Of a stretch of DNA of 55,211 nucleotides, positions 1 through 13,040 are shown in pieces; within the stretch, counting starts at the first letter, position 1, and each line of letters opens with the position of its first letter. Origin of the DNA: Girardia tigrina (lineage: Eukaryota); NCBI GenBank assembly GCA_001938485.1, contig MQRK01188983.1:1-55211 (forward strand). The letters run 5' to 3'. The notes below the pieces were generated by a model, which searched no databases, was not told where the DNA came from, and saw nothing but the letters and a program-made list of their open reading frames with translations. Made by a program: the position numbers and the translations under genes.

Positions 1-6
1 TTGTAG

Positions 7-358
7 GCAGAATGCCCATTTTTCCCCTACTTAAATAAAGTTAATGTTTCGTTAAATGAAAGCGGAATGACAAACGTACGAACTCATAGAGAAGGATCTT
101 TAATTTTAGTCAATAACAAAAGATACTGTTATTCTCAAATGTAAAAATATATAAAATTAGGAACGAACAAATAAATAATAGAGGAAAAATGTTCAGGAAA
201 CGTAATTTAATGACTAAAATTAAAATGATTTGATTTAAAAAAACTAATAAGTTTGTTTTTCAATTTCCATAGCTGGAGAATGTAAAACTTGTAGCAATTT
301 ACCCCAGGCGACAAAAGAAGACAATTACAAAGAGGATGTGCCAGGAAGTTTGAAATAA
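7..358 (+). CDS. 3' end of a spliced host gene (exons 7-140, 161-201, 273-358), small Cys-containing extracellular-like C-terminus
   Basis: GT..AG introns at 141-160 (20 nt) and 202-272 join in frame to AECPFFPYL...KRYCYSQMNEQINNRGKMFRKPGECKTCSNLPQ...GSLK*. Acceptor TTGTAG at 1-6. Confidence 0.5.
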
Positions 359-1199
359 ATTAAGTAAATTAAAAACAATGTTTTTGTAATCTTATTTTCC
401 TATTTTCATTTATTTTGGACTCATAATTAATATTCGGTCTGGTTTAAAAAATTTATTTCGGGATGGCCAACAAAAGCTGTGGCCAATTGAAGCTGTCTTC
501 ACCATCATTCAGATGAAACAAATAAATCCCAACCAATCATCAATTGAATAAATAAACCAATCATTAAAACAATGTGTATTAAAACAAATATAAATATACG
601 TATACATATTTTTTTTGTTAAATTGTTTGCTTCTTGAAGAATATTCATATTTACGTCTCCCAAAATGCATTCGAGAGGATCACTGGTTTTAGTTTTGGGT
701 AAGAAACAAGAATTCGTTTTATTTATATTTTTAAAATAAATATTCGATAATAAAGTATAAGTATGAAAAAAATGCAAAAAAATGTCACTAATTACGAAAA
801 ATGTTGATTCTTTATTATTACTATTAATATTATTAATAATATTATTATTATTATGATTATTATTAATAACAATATTATTATATAACGGAAATACGAAGTT
901 TACTTTAATGTCTAATTAAATGAAATTCTATTCCATACAAAAACAATAATTTGATTAAAGCATAAAAACAAAATTTAAATAAATTGCATTTTATTTATTT
1001 TATTCAAAGTTATAAAATATTAATTGATGATTTATAAATATTTATTGTAAAAGTAAATAAATTTTAATAATATTTAATTAATAAAATAATATAATTATTC
1101 AAGTGGAAATTTTTTTTTAGAAATAATAAATAAATAAGATATATAAAGAAAAATGGCAAATCTTTCAAATAATAAAAAACGTCATTCGGATCTGAATGG

Positions 1200-1510
1200 T
1201 TTATTAATTATAAGTTTTCTTTATTTTTCTGGATATATTTCGATGCATTTTCCACCATCTTCAGGCACAATCTTCAACAATTGTACCATATTATATATAA
1301 ATGGTAATTATGCAATCAACTTGGGTATCAGATAAGTAACAAAGTTGAAGAGAGGCTTGTTTGAACATTGATTAATAGATGACTCACAAGAGACCCTCTC
1401 CGAATAATGTTTAAAATTACTGCATAATATTTTAAAATTGTTTATCGTCATATCTGACCTACAAACTTCCATATGTCCAGCAATATTGCTACCACCACAA
1501 AATGTCTGTT
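1200..1510 (-). mobile_element. Penelope-like element 3' remnant (GIY-YIG C-terminus plus pseudo-LTR)
   Basis: Minus strand reads SNIAGHMEVC..NNFKILC..R.SCES, typical of the end of the PLE GIY-YIG domain, followed by the CTGAAGATGG..CGAAATATATC motif. A degraded plus-strand pLTR copy follows at about 1525-1630. Confidence 0.7.
1228..1268 (-). ncRNA. Minimal type I hammerhead ribozyme motif (PLE-associated)
   Basis: Minus strand: GC-CTGAAGA-T-GGTGGA-AAA-TGCATC-GAAA-TATA-TC. Has the CUGANGA/GAAA/UH core, stem II with one mismatch and a palindromic TATA stem III loop; stem I is mutated. Confidence 0.6.
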
Positions 1511-2558
1511 AGGTATTACACAAGTAGATTACATAATCGCCATTTATATAGGGTAAAAAAATGTTGAAAATATAGCCCAAGAATGGCGAAAAATTAAACT
1601 TAATAAATTTGTCAGATCCAAATGGCATTTTTAAATAAATAAATAGTATTATTTTTATAAAAATTTTATTAATATTATTTGTCATATTTCAGTTTAAAAC
1701 AACTTTTGTTTTATCAAGGTTGATAAATGAATGGAGAGTCCGAAAACCGTGAATGTTGTCAAAATATTATATATATTTTTAATTATAATAAATAAACTAT
1801 TATAAAATGGTTTGAATAAAATAAATATTATTTACATCTGGAAAATTCGCATAATTACCTCGTGGGAGAGCACTATAATAATCGGTTTTGTAATTCCATC
1901 TTTATTATATTGTTTTTCATATCTTACAGTGTCTTAAATGTCGAAATTATTATATTATTGAAAATATAAATAAATAATAATCATTCTTGAGTAATTTAAT
2001 TACAATTCAACTGCATTTTTCGATCAGTTAGGAACTCCTTCCATAATAGTTTATTTTCTTTTAATTTTTCATACATTCAACTTTGTTGTTCAATTATTTC
2101 TTTGTAAAATGACATTTACGTATTTTAAAAAAATATGTTTTTTTGTTGTTTTGTAACATATTTATGTATTATCAAAATAATATAATAGGAAAATTAAACA
2201 ATATTTTTTTGAACAATAATTTTCTGGTTTAACTTTTGTTGAATTTTCTTTCGTCAAAAGAAAGATTTCTGTACATATGAAGACAAATAAAAAGTTTTCA
2301 TAAAGGATATTTTATAAAAGATTTCCATAATCCCAACTTTGTAAATATTTGTTTTTTGTTAAATTAATTCTTATATCGTCTAAGTTTTCTCTTTATTTTA
2401 GATACAAATTGCTTTGCTTTCATTTCCTTTAGTTCACCTAAAATTGTTTCTAATATATTTTAATGAGTAGAATAATTAATAATTTCAATATTAGTAATAA
2501 AAAATATTTTAATACATTAAAATCAATAACACCATTCAAAAAATTAAATTTTATTTTT

Positions 2559-2595
2559 GCAATATATTTCGGTGGATTTTTCACCATCTTCAGGC
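2559..2595 (-). ncRNA. Minimal hammerhead ribozyme motif in inverted pLTR copy
   Basis: Minus strand: GC-CTGAAGA-T-GGTGAA-AAA-TCCACC-GAAA-TATA-TT-GC. Confidence 0.6.
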
Positions 2596-2617
2596 TTAAT
2601 TAACAACAATTTTCCTG

Positions 2618-2619
<2 letters not shown>

Positions 2620-2662
<43 letters not shown>

Positions 2663-2740
2663 NNNNNNNNNNNNNNNNNNNNNNNNNNNNNNNNNNNNNN
2701 NNNNNNNNNNNNATATATATATATATATATATATATATAT
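2620..2740. repeat. (TA)n microsatellite spanning an N gap
   Basis: Perfect TA run on both sides of the gap. Confidence 0.95.
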
Positions 2741-2744
2741 CAAT

Positions 2745-3000
2745 TTATTGGGATGGAGTTATTTGTGAGGCATTATTGATTAAATCGTTTAATCCGTCCA
2801 TTAATGTCCAAACAAGTCTCTCTTCCACTTTTTTGAAAATATTTAATTAGTTATTATGCAAGAAGTTTACATAATCGTCAATTTGCTATATATAAGACAG
2901 CGAAATTGTTGTTAATTAAGCCTGAAGATGGTGGAAAATCCTCCGAAATATATTGCGAAAATGAAATTTACTTTTTTGAATGGTATTTTTGATTTTAATA
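2745..3000 (+). mobile_element. Penelope-like element 3' remnant with inverted pLTR upstream
   Basis: GVICEALLIKSFNPSINVQ (PLE GIY-YIG C-terminal EALxI..PxxNxQ motif), then a pLTR. About 2888-2999 is the reverse complement of about 2516-2625. Confidence 0.8.
2920..2956 (+). ncRNA. Minimal hammerhead ribozyme motif
   Basis: GC-CTGAAGA-T-GGTGGA-AAA-TCCTCC-GAAA-TATA-TT-GC. Confidence 0.6.
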
Positions 3001-3047
3001 GAAACTTGACATTATAAATTTCTTACTTACCATTTCATATTAATATA

Positions 3048-3590
3048 TATTAGTTGCACTGACATTATCTTCAATAATGTTTGATTCAAGATTAAAATTC
3101 ATAATTTCACACAAAAATTTATTAATGAAAATTACGCACAAATTTAAACAAATTTCTTCTTGTTAATCCAATTTAATCATTTTGCCAAAACCAATTTATT
3201 TAATTTTTATTTATTTATTTTGTATATATTTATAAAACTTTCACCATTAAAATTTATCTCTGAAATTTATTACTTTTGTTAGTAAATATTTAACTTAACT
3301 TTAACTTATTTTAAAATAATTTTGTTCTACATAAATAATAACCGAATTATTTCTTAAATTCAGTTTAACTTCTTTTCTAAATATTTTCTTTTGAAAAAAA
3401 TCTCGGTTGTAATTAATTTAAACTTTTTTAACTTACGATTTTTGTTTTTTTAGTTATTATACAATTTTTAGTTATTTAAATAAACGTTTTTTTTACTTTT
3501 ATTTTAGTAATATACACTTTATGTATATTTATATTTTGTGTAATTATTTAATTTTTGTTAAAATTGTAAATTAAAAATTATTTTGTAAGT
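3048..3590 (+). repeat. AT-rich dispersed repeat; second copy inverted at about 34901-35358
   Basis: Shared blocks TTAGTTGCA, TGATTCAAGATTAAAATT, GTTAATCCAATTTAATCATTTTGCCA and TTAACTTACGATTTTTGTTT. Right boundary approximate. Confidence 0.7.
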
Positions 3591-3728
3591 AATATCAAGC
3601 TATAATTGATATTATAAGTTATATATGTGAAATTGATGGTTATGTAATCTATTACATAAAATTAATTGGAAACTCTTAGCAATTTTCAGAATTATTCGGA
3701 GAGTGTCGTGTGAAGCACTGATATTTAA

Positions 3729-4190
3729 CACAGCTGCCCGATGGATGCCTGTCATAGACAGTATGCAGAAGTGAAGGAATTGAACAGGCATCTCAGAAGA
3801 GATCACGATGGAGCAGGCTCAATCCCGCAAAAACAAAGAGAGAAGAAAGCCCAGCCACATCAGAAGAAAGGAAACTACCAATGCCAACATTGCCCGAAGG
3901 AATACAAAACTGCTGGATTCCTAAGGATTCACATTCAGAAGAATCACCTAGAACCACCAACATCCAACACCCAGAGAGAAGAGAACTTGGAAAGATAGAA
4001 CGAGGAAGAGTCGACATCAAACCAATCCAACTCTCAGTTACCGGACGCAACTGTGAGTATGTCGAGGATACAGCCAAATGACGATACCGAAGAAGAGCCG
4101 CACCTACAATATCGACTGCCAGCCGACTACTCGACAGCAAGAGGAGAGTTCAAGTACCCATTTCGTGGCTGTTACGCGTCCACCGTAATA
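3729..4190 (+). pseudogene. Multi-C2H2 zinc-finger fragment, probably N-terminus of an R2/NeSL-type non-LTR retrotransposon
   Basis: HSCPMDACHRQYAEVKELNRHLRRDH and YQCQHCPKEYKTAGFLRIHIQKNH, then a stop/frameshift and a degenerate third finger GEFKYPFRGC. No RT follows. Confidence 0.55.
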
Positions 4191-4369
4191 GCTAGAGGTA
4201 TATATAGTACCAAGTTCCATGGCTGGTCGTTTATAACTGGCAAACCGACTGCTCAGAGGCGGAAGGCCATTGACCCCGTAGGAGGCCTATCGGGGGGCCC
4301 TTAAGGACTTTAGTTTGGGTGGACCCTCTAAAGACCCTTAGGCTCAATACCATTGAAAGTGATTGGAGG

Positions 4370-4550
4370 TCCACTGATAATAAGATCTCGTAATCCAAAA
4401 ATCAAACCATTTTTTAAATGCTTATACAAAATATTACATAATCACCAATTGCCCATATATAAAGCAATAAAAAGAGCTCACAATCAGTGATCTGAAAATG
4501 ATTATATAACCATCCTAAAATCATTAAATATATCCTAAAATGGCGTTCTT
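4370..4550 (+). mobile_element. Degraded Penelope-like 3' end
   Basis: LIIRSRNPKI followed by a TTACATAATC..ATATATA block shared with the pLTRs at about 1528 and 2868. Confidence 0.45.
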
Positions 4551-5799
4551 ATTGTTTTATAAAAATTGCAATTATTTTTAAAATTTATTTATAAATAATA
4601 TATAAAATTTAATATATTATATATGTATCAATAAATCAAGCAAGATCTTTATAAAATTTTTTTTATTATTTAAATGTTAAAATACAACTAAAAAACTTGT
4701 TAATTTTAGAATAACTGATTTTTTTTCGAAAATTTCCAGGAAAATCGAATCGATCTGTGAAGGAATGGTGAAACAATTTAGATGTTTCCGTTTGATTAGG
4801 CTACCTGATTAAAGCAAATCATTCCAATAATTGTTTGACTTGTTGTAAGGAATCGTTTCGAGTAAACAACATTTCTTTTCACATTCCTTATTCTTGCCTC
4901 TCGTCCACAAATCTGGAAATTATATGTTTATCCAATTAATTTGTAAACAAAACTATTTGATAACAAATCAAATAAACTTTTTTCTTTTCAAAAGGGAATT
5001 ATTTTCTTTTTCATCCTTTTGTTTTACAAAAATTATATTTTTCCTGTTATAAAATTCTTTTATTTTCCTTTTTGTTTGAATCTTTTTTCTGGTGTCAATT
5101 TAATATGTAAAAAAGGAAACTTATTATGTTTATATTTATGATAAATTACTTAAAATAAAAATCTCTTAATATTTCCCGTTAATTTTCTAATATGCTCTTT
5201 ATTTGTTTTGTTAGGGGATTTGTATTATTTATGTAAAATAATAAAAATATTAATTATATTTTCATTTCTATTATGTAGTCAAATTTTATTATTACTTTTT
5301 TAAAAGATCATCATATTTGTTTTCTAGCTGAAATTTTTCATATTCGTCTTTTATTGAAATTTTATATTTTCTAATTAATTAATTTTTTTGTAATAAAATT
5401 ATGATACGTAGGTAACCAACACAAATCTTTTTGTTTTGCAAAAGTAAAATAAAGATGATTTATTTTATCTAAAAATAATTTTATTCATTAATGTGAGGTA
5501 TATCACATTCAAAAACTTTATCCAATCGATTTGGAAGTTTTTATATTCAACTTTTATATAAATGAACGGTTTTAACTCTACAAAACGTTTGGTACTTCCC
5601 TTCTTGCGTCGTTGACATTATCAAAGTTTTATTGATAATGTGATTATTAAGAGAAAGAATTAAGTGATAAGTTGGTGCATAAGGTGATTTTTCATAATTT
5701 TTTTTCAGATTTTCCCATGGAAGAAAAGCTTTCTTCCTTGTCGGTAAAAGCGAGTTTTATTTTATGTAGCATGAAGATAAATAGTGAACGAAATGAACG

Positions 5800-6500
5800 G
5801 CATATTGAAAAACTTGCTCATGCAGACAGATTTATCATAGCTACTCAAATCCAACAAGTACATTTGCCTGATATATCGGTGCATACTGTTTGATGCAGAT
5901 TTGGTGAAAATGGATTAAAGGGTCATGCATCAGCAATGAAACCCATACTGAATGAAAGATTTAGAACTCTACGATGTCAATGGACACATTATCACTTAAA
6001 CTGGACATTTGAAGATTGGACCAGAATTAAATTCTGTAATGAGGGTAGATTCTCTCTAAGTAGTAATAAGGTTCCTTTTGGGCCTCGTCATATTAGTGAA
6101 CGGTTTGATGACAAGTGTGTACGATCTCATGGAAACCGAAGTAGGGTAAATTACATGAATTGGGCAGTTTTTATAGGGCATAATTTCACACCTATGTAAA
6201 AAGTACAATGTGGCATTTTGAATTCTCAGCGCTATGTTCACCAACTACCAGATGCTTTTCTACGATATCTACCTACATTACTACCCAATGGTATTCTTTT
6301 TCAAGAGCAGCAAAAGAATATCTCGAACACCCTGCTGTAGGCGTCTTCTCTTGGCCCAGCACAAACACAGAAATGAACCCAATCTAAAATGTGTTGGCTC
6401 ATATGGAGCAGATTCTCAAGAGGGATTATGAGCATTCAGTTGATTATGATAAACTCTTCTCTAATTTACATGAGGAAATTGATTGACTTCATGACAAATC
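5800..6500 (+). pseudogene. Tc1-family transposase remnant
   Basis: ISVHTV*xRxxENGLKG..KPILNERFRTLRCQWTHYHLNWTFEDWTRIKFCNEGRF (Tc1 HTH plus first catalytic motif FSDESRF); stops and frameshifts. Confidence 0.8.
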
Positions 6501-7292
6501 GTATTTCAGTCCCGTATGATGTTTCAGGTGGCTGTGTGAAATATTAATGCTCTCCTTTGTTAGTACAATTTGTTTTTCTTCTCTTAGTTATGGATTGGTT
6601 ATCAAATAAGTAATTCGAAATGTGAAATTATAGAATCACGATACAAAAACATAAAAGGTAACTAAAATTACTTCTGCGTACAATTCACTGCTCGCGGCTG
6701 TATGAATTAACGCGAAGTTTCATAACCGCTGTTCAGGATTCAAATATTCAAATTAATATATTTTAAAATTTAATTGTTATCATTATTTATATAATAGAAA
6801 AGAAATCCGAAAATTTTCTATCGCCAAAATTATAATCAATTTTTCGAAATATTTTCTAGTGTTTTTTCTGTGGTAGAAAATGATTTTGAAAAGTGAAAAA
6901 AATGAGTTTTTTAACATTGATTTTGTACATCATTTAATGTTTTGTAAAACATTAATTTTGTAAAAAAAATTTTTATGTTATTTTTGACCTTGGCGGATTG
7001 TTTAATTGAATTAAAAAAATCAATCAGAATTTTGAAAATTGTTTATTCTGGAAAGATTTTTGTAAATAACAGAATTTTGAAAATAAAACATATACTGGAA
7101 AATTTTCAGATTACGAATTGTTTTTGGTTTGAGATGATTATTTTGAAAATAAATACATGCTTAATTGAAGGGTTACTATTGAAAATTGATCGATTTTATG
7201 TGAAATTTCTAAACAGTAATTGCTAATAAAAATCCCTGTTTTTTGCTGTTTTTGAATTACAAATCTAAATTACCGCTTATAGCCAAATTTGA

Positions 7293-8050
7293 ATGGAATT
7301 AGCACAGAGTTTAATTTTAAATGAGAGTACATTGGTGAAATTACCAAACGATAAACGACCAGTTTTTGTCTGTGAATGATTGAGATTTTGGGGCAGTGTT
7401 CCATGTCGTCAACAAAGCTGATATAGAGGAGAGACAGGAACATATTCTGGAGATATAGTTAAATCAACTCGAAAAGTCTCCCGGACCTACCACGAGAATT
7501 TTAATCTTCCGGAATATCGGCACTGTTCAGCGTAGGCGATACGTACTCCTTGCATCTTGCCATCAACACTTGCAATGATTATGTCAAGTCAAAGGACGAC
7601 AGTCCGAGTTATCTCTATACAAGATGGGCTAAAATAACATCTCTCGGAGAAATCTATCATAACCTCGGTCGCATGGTCGGTCGATCGTATGAGGAGACAA
7701 TTTACGTTTTGATTAAATCTCTCAAACAGTGTGATTTCTGCGCGATGCGCGAGCACGACTCGGTGGCGATCTTGGCGTTGTCCGAGCACTTGAAACGGAG
7801 TCCAAAAATCGTATTAACTAAAGATGAGCTCCTTCTCAATTTCAATGCCTTTGAATTCGAAGTAGCGATCAATTAGAGATTCAGTCTCAATATTGTGATG
7901 TTTCAAAGGACCCAGCAAATCGCCAATAAACCAGTGCGCAACCCTGTTGCCTCCGTCCGATTCACGGGGCAAGTTGAGGGTCAGCGGAACAACCGTACAT
8001 TAAATATTGTTGAAAGTTCTTGAGACGTCAGCATGTGTTTGAACAACAGG
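7293..8050 (+). pseudogene. HEATR5: HEATR5 (HEATR5A/B, Laa1 family) N-terminal fragment, intronless and disabled
   Basis: MELAQSLILNESTLVKLPNDKRPVFVCE*LRF..., SPGPTTR, CNDYVKSKDDSPSYL...LGRMVGRSYEETIYVLIKSLK match the recalled HEATR5B N-terminus (MELAHSLLLNEE..KRPVFIFEWLRF); several stops and frameshifts. Confidence 0.85.
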
Positions 8051-8329
8051 TCTCGAATAATATATAATAAAGTTACTTGATCTCCAAGCGCTCTTCCATT
8101 TTCCAGATATTCATCAGCCAAGGAAAGTTTTTAAACCAATTACAGATTTATTGCTTATTAAATGCTGTACAATTTGTTTTGCTAAACGTCTGTTACATTC
8201 GAGTCCAGTATAAATTCACAGAACAAATAAGTGCAAATTACGTGTTTTGGTTTATATTTTAATGGTTTAAAATAAATTAAATAATATTTAAATTGGTCAT
8301 AAACCTATGATAAATGATACAAACATTGA

Positions 8330-8928
8330 AAAGGAGGCCTTAACAAGTCAATTAAGTCATTTGTATCCCACTTTTGACTGGTAAAATGATGCATAACTGC
8401 TGGGAGTGCAGTCAGAATAACTTGAACCTGTGGTACCAGTGTGATAAAACTTTCCTGATAAATGTCATGGCGGAGAATGAAACTCTCCTCAGTGTGTATT
8501 TGTCGGAATCAACTCGTTGTAAATGTCAGAAAGAATAGAAGTTAGTAGAAGAACATACCATTATGCTTGCTGCACAACAATTCGCCAGCGCATACAACGG
8601 CTGTTTTTCGGGCCATAATTGAAGGTGCTGGATTAGTGTTTTTTGATTAACCGCTGTACATCCCAGATTTTGCACCAAGCGATTTTTACCTCTTCCGACA
8701 TCTTAAAAACATTTGAGAGTCATCCAATTTTGATCCAAAGACGATTGAGGATTTCTTCGCCCAATGCCACAAGAATGTTTCAGAAAGGCATTTTCTGAGT
8801 TGATTATTTGTTAACGGAAGTGTAGAAATGTTAAAGGATGCCTACATACGTAAAGTTTGTTGTGTTATAAAAATTGTCCTTTTTGGAATTCGTTTTTCAG
8901 GTCATATACTTATTGAACGCTCCACATA
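8330..8928 (+). mobile_element. mariner transposase C-terminal remnant with 3' TIR
   Basis: LLHNNSPAHT and PLYIPDFAPSDFYLFRHLKN (YSPDLAPSDF motif). Ends TACTTATTGAACGCTCCACATA; a related TIR-like copy lies at about 20655-20676. Confidence 0.8.
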
Positions 8929-11900
8929 TTATATGAAAACAGAAATCTTATGAAAACTATAGTGAAATTTAGATATTTCGAATAGAGTTCGAATAGAGAT
9001 ACTTCATTATACAGCTGGAATTAGTTCCAAATCATTGTCCGACAAGCATATTTAGTCATTCGTTTTTTTCAAGTTGAATGAATGCGTTTTAGATCGAATC
9101 GTTTTTGTTTTCGAAGTTTTTATTCTTAGTATTTTTCTCTTCTCTGGCTGTTGAAAATGCAATTCTTTGATTAATTGTTGTAAGTCTTCATGTGACCGAC
9201 CATTATGAAATAAATGTTGGTGAAAGGATAAATTTAAAATCTGAAGGATCTATTTTCCTCAGCATTTTATATTTTTGTGATTTTAATAGTTGCTTTGATT
9301 TTATTATGACCATATCAATAATCCAAACAAGGTATACAAAATACTTAGTTTTGTTCCCTTTCTTCATTTAGTTTGTATTTATAAAAACATGTTGTTCCTT
9401 TATTAATATTCATTTTTAATATATTATAATAATGAGTCTTTTTCAGTTTGGTCTTCGAAGATTGATAGAAAAGCACTTGAATCTTCCTAGTTATCTTTGC
9501 TTGTCTTTCTGTTTATGTTAAGTTTATATTCCCGAGACTCGATATTACAGATTTGTAAACTATGGTTCACTGCCTTACGGGATTTAAGAAACTGATCAAA
9601 GATCAAGAATTATGTTATACTTGTGAATGTTAATGTTTTTCCTTGATTCGGTTTATTTTTTGATGAAAATTATTGTGTTTTTACTAGCTTAATATTTATT
9701 TGCTCAATTTGTCTGTTTGCTAAAAATCATTTGGCTGTCCTTCATCCAACTTTTCATTATCGAATAGAGCTGAAATTTTGTAAAATTATTAATTCCCAAT
9801 TATTGGATCTTGATGAACATTGGTTCTGCATCTAGGCCGTTACCTCTGTCCAACAACCATCGTTTGAGGTCCTAATGAGGGCCAGCTTGTAAGAGGCTTT
9901 GAATTCTAAACACAACTGTGGGCATAATTATGGTCGGTTTTCGTTATCATTCTTGTAATGCTTTTAACAATTCTACTTCATCAGAACAAGAAGTCTTTTT
10001 TAACTCTCTCTTCATATCCAAAATTAAAAGTACAAATTTGATTTTCATTATCAATAGCCAAAAAATGGAACCAATTTTGAAATTTTTAATTTTTTTTAAA
10101 AAAACTGAGTTCTTGCAGTCACATATTATTTAATCAACAACATTTTTTTAATGAAGTTAAATTAAAATTCCAAAAATTACAATTCAATATACATCTTAAC
10201 ATGAATTGCAATTGAACTTTTCAAAAGTAATTTTTACTTTAAAAAATATCAAGGGGTTCAGAACTGAAACCAACTTATCCTCTTAACTTTTTTAAACAAC
10301 ATTTTCGATTCAACTGTTGTATCTCCGCAGAGGTTCTTAATTTTTTAAATTGTATATTTTGAGAAATGTGATCAAAAGATTTCAAAATTATATCAAACAG
10401 GGATTTCATATCTTTATTTGTTTTCACTTTAATATTGGTCATCAATTCACAATAANNNNNNNNNNNNNNNNNNNNNNNNNNNNNNNNNNNNNNNNNNNNN
10501 NNNNNNNNNNNNNNNNNNNNNNNNNNNNNNNNNNNNNNNNNNNNNNNNNNNNNNNNNNNNNNNNNNNNNNNNNNNNNNNNNNNNNTCAACAATGCAAACA
10601 ATGCAAAACACTCTTTCTCGAAAGCCTCGAAATTGAAAACACAACCGGAATCCATTGTTGTTATCAAATCGCATTCAAAACTGATTACAACTCTGGAAAA
10701 CTCAATCAATAAGCTGGCCATTAACATAATCATTTTTGGCGTTAAAGATGATTGATCCTTCAATCCATGCAATCCTTGAGCATCAAAAATTTGAAACAAA
10801 CAACCGATAACAACAGATTTGGCTCGGGAATCACCGACTTTCAAAAACGNNNNNNNNNNNNNNNNNNNNNNNNNNNNNNNNNNNNNNNNNNNNNNNNNNN
10901 NNNNNNNNNNNNNNNNNNNNNNNNNNNNNNNNNNNNNNNNNNNNNNNNNNNNNNNNNNNNNNNNNNNNNNNNNNNNNNNNNNNNNNNNNNNNNNNNNNNN
11001 NNNNNNNNNNNNNNNNNNNNNNNNNNNNNNNNNNNNNNNNNNNNNNNNNNNNNNNNNNNNNNNNNNNNNNNNNNNNNNNNNNNNNNNNNNNNNNNNNNNN
11101 NNNNNNNNNNNNNNNNNNNNNNNNNNNNNNNNNNNNNNNNNNNNNNNNNNNNNNNNNNNNNNNNNNNNNNNNNNNNNNNNNNNNNNNNNNNNNNNNNNNN
11201 NNNNNNNNNNNNNNNNNNNNNNNNNNNNNNNNNNNNNNNNNNNNNNNNNNNNNNNNNNNNNNNNNNNNNNNNNNNNNNNNNNNNNNNNNNNNNNNNNNNN
11301 NNNNNNNNNNNNNNNNNNNNNNNNNNNNNNNNNNNNNNNNNNNNNNNNNNNNNNNNNNNTCGGTTTTACAGTCCGAATCGAATTGCTTTAATGTATTCGA
11401 ATAGCTTTCGATTAGGAAATATTTTTTCAAATCATTATCAATTTCCATTGTTTATATGACAATTCGGTATTTTTTTTTCTTTATTTATTTTCAAACCATT
11501 GTTTTAATTGTGACAACGTCACGTTCACATTTCTCGTCCTATTGGATGCAACACACACACACCGCACTCACTCACACAACACGCACACACATACTGGCTG
11601 AAAGAGGCTCACAATTAATAATATTTCAAAAATCATTTGAAGATACTGAAATTCAAATTGTTTTTAATTTCCATCGATAATTGCATAAATGAGCGCGATT
11701 TGCAACACAGTGGACATTTGTTTTTTTTAAGTACGGGCTCGTACATTTTTTCCAAATCGATTTTTGGATAGTGAAATCTTTCCACAATTCCAATTGTTTG
11801 AAGATTATGAAAACCAAATCAGAATAAATAATAAATGTGTTTCAACTGATAATGCACATGGAAATACGAATAATGGAACCGTTGTGTTATGTGAACCGTT

Positions 11901-13040
11901 TATGAGTTTTACTTTGAATGACAAACAGAGAAAAGAAAGCTGACTCTAAATGGTAGATGCATCATCACAAAACCATATGAACGTGATGATCATATGTATA
12001 TTTATTTATATATATATATATACTTATATATATTTAATTTAATTAATTTAATTTTTATTTTTAATTAGTTTTCCTTAATTAATTATTTTAATTAAATTAT
12101 TTAAAAATATTGATTTTATTTTAACAAATGGGTTCAAAAATGAGTAAAAATGGAATCGCAACGCGACCATCAACCTTCTTAGGAAAGTATTCTTTCAGAG
12201 TAAGAAGACTCAATGAACTTTAAAAAGCTTAATTCTATTAACTTTTTATCTCATTTTTAAACATGAACATCAAAAAGGACTAAAAAGATTGTTGAAGTTT
12301 TTAATTTTTTAAATTATTAAATCTATAATAAAAATCGTCCACAACTACAAAATCTATACGCTAAAACCGCTGTTCGATGGTAAATGACATTTTTTACTTC
12401 CATCAGCTTTACCTCGAAACTATAATCCTTTTTAATAATATAATAATTAATAAGTACGACCAGTAAGTATACCAGTTATCGTAAGGCTTACTTCCATGAA
12501 ACTTCCTAACAATATGCGTAAACGTACGGATTAATTTTTGATCAATGTTTAGCATGAAGCCCTTTGATAAATTACATTTATGGAAATATTCTAACAATTA
12601 CTTTATTGTTTTGTCGATAAATGTGAAAGTAGATGTTTTATGACTTATCAATCATAAACTAATCCTATTACAATATCCTCATTAGGAATTGCATTCCATG
12701 TGTTCGTCCTGGACTCCCGATGGGTTAAAGAAATATAATCATGCGCAATTTATCCATTATTATTATTGTTTTGTATTCAGCTAATCTAGTTATTGGGAGT
12801 GAATGGCATTAATTTAATTTTCCTACGCCTGTTAACCTACAGAAATATATGTTTCATCAATCAAATAATTATTTTCTCTTTTACATGTCAAAAAAGCATT
12901 TTAAAAATTATCGCATGGTCAAAATTCTTTAACAAAACCCCTTGAAACCCTTCTTTAAAAAAGGCTTCGATGAAAAAGAAAATTATTATTGATTCCTTAA
13001 ACTAGTTTAAACAAATAAATATTTTTTTACAACTGTTTAA

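Noticed and set aside
505-777. 90-aa ORF with hydrophobic C-terminus
   Set aside because: Composition expected from AT-rich DNA; no motif.
10275-11459. Long ORFs in the supplied track
   Set aside because: Their length comes from N runs; no recognisable motif in the real sequence.
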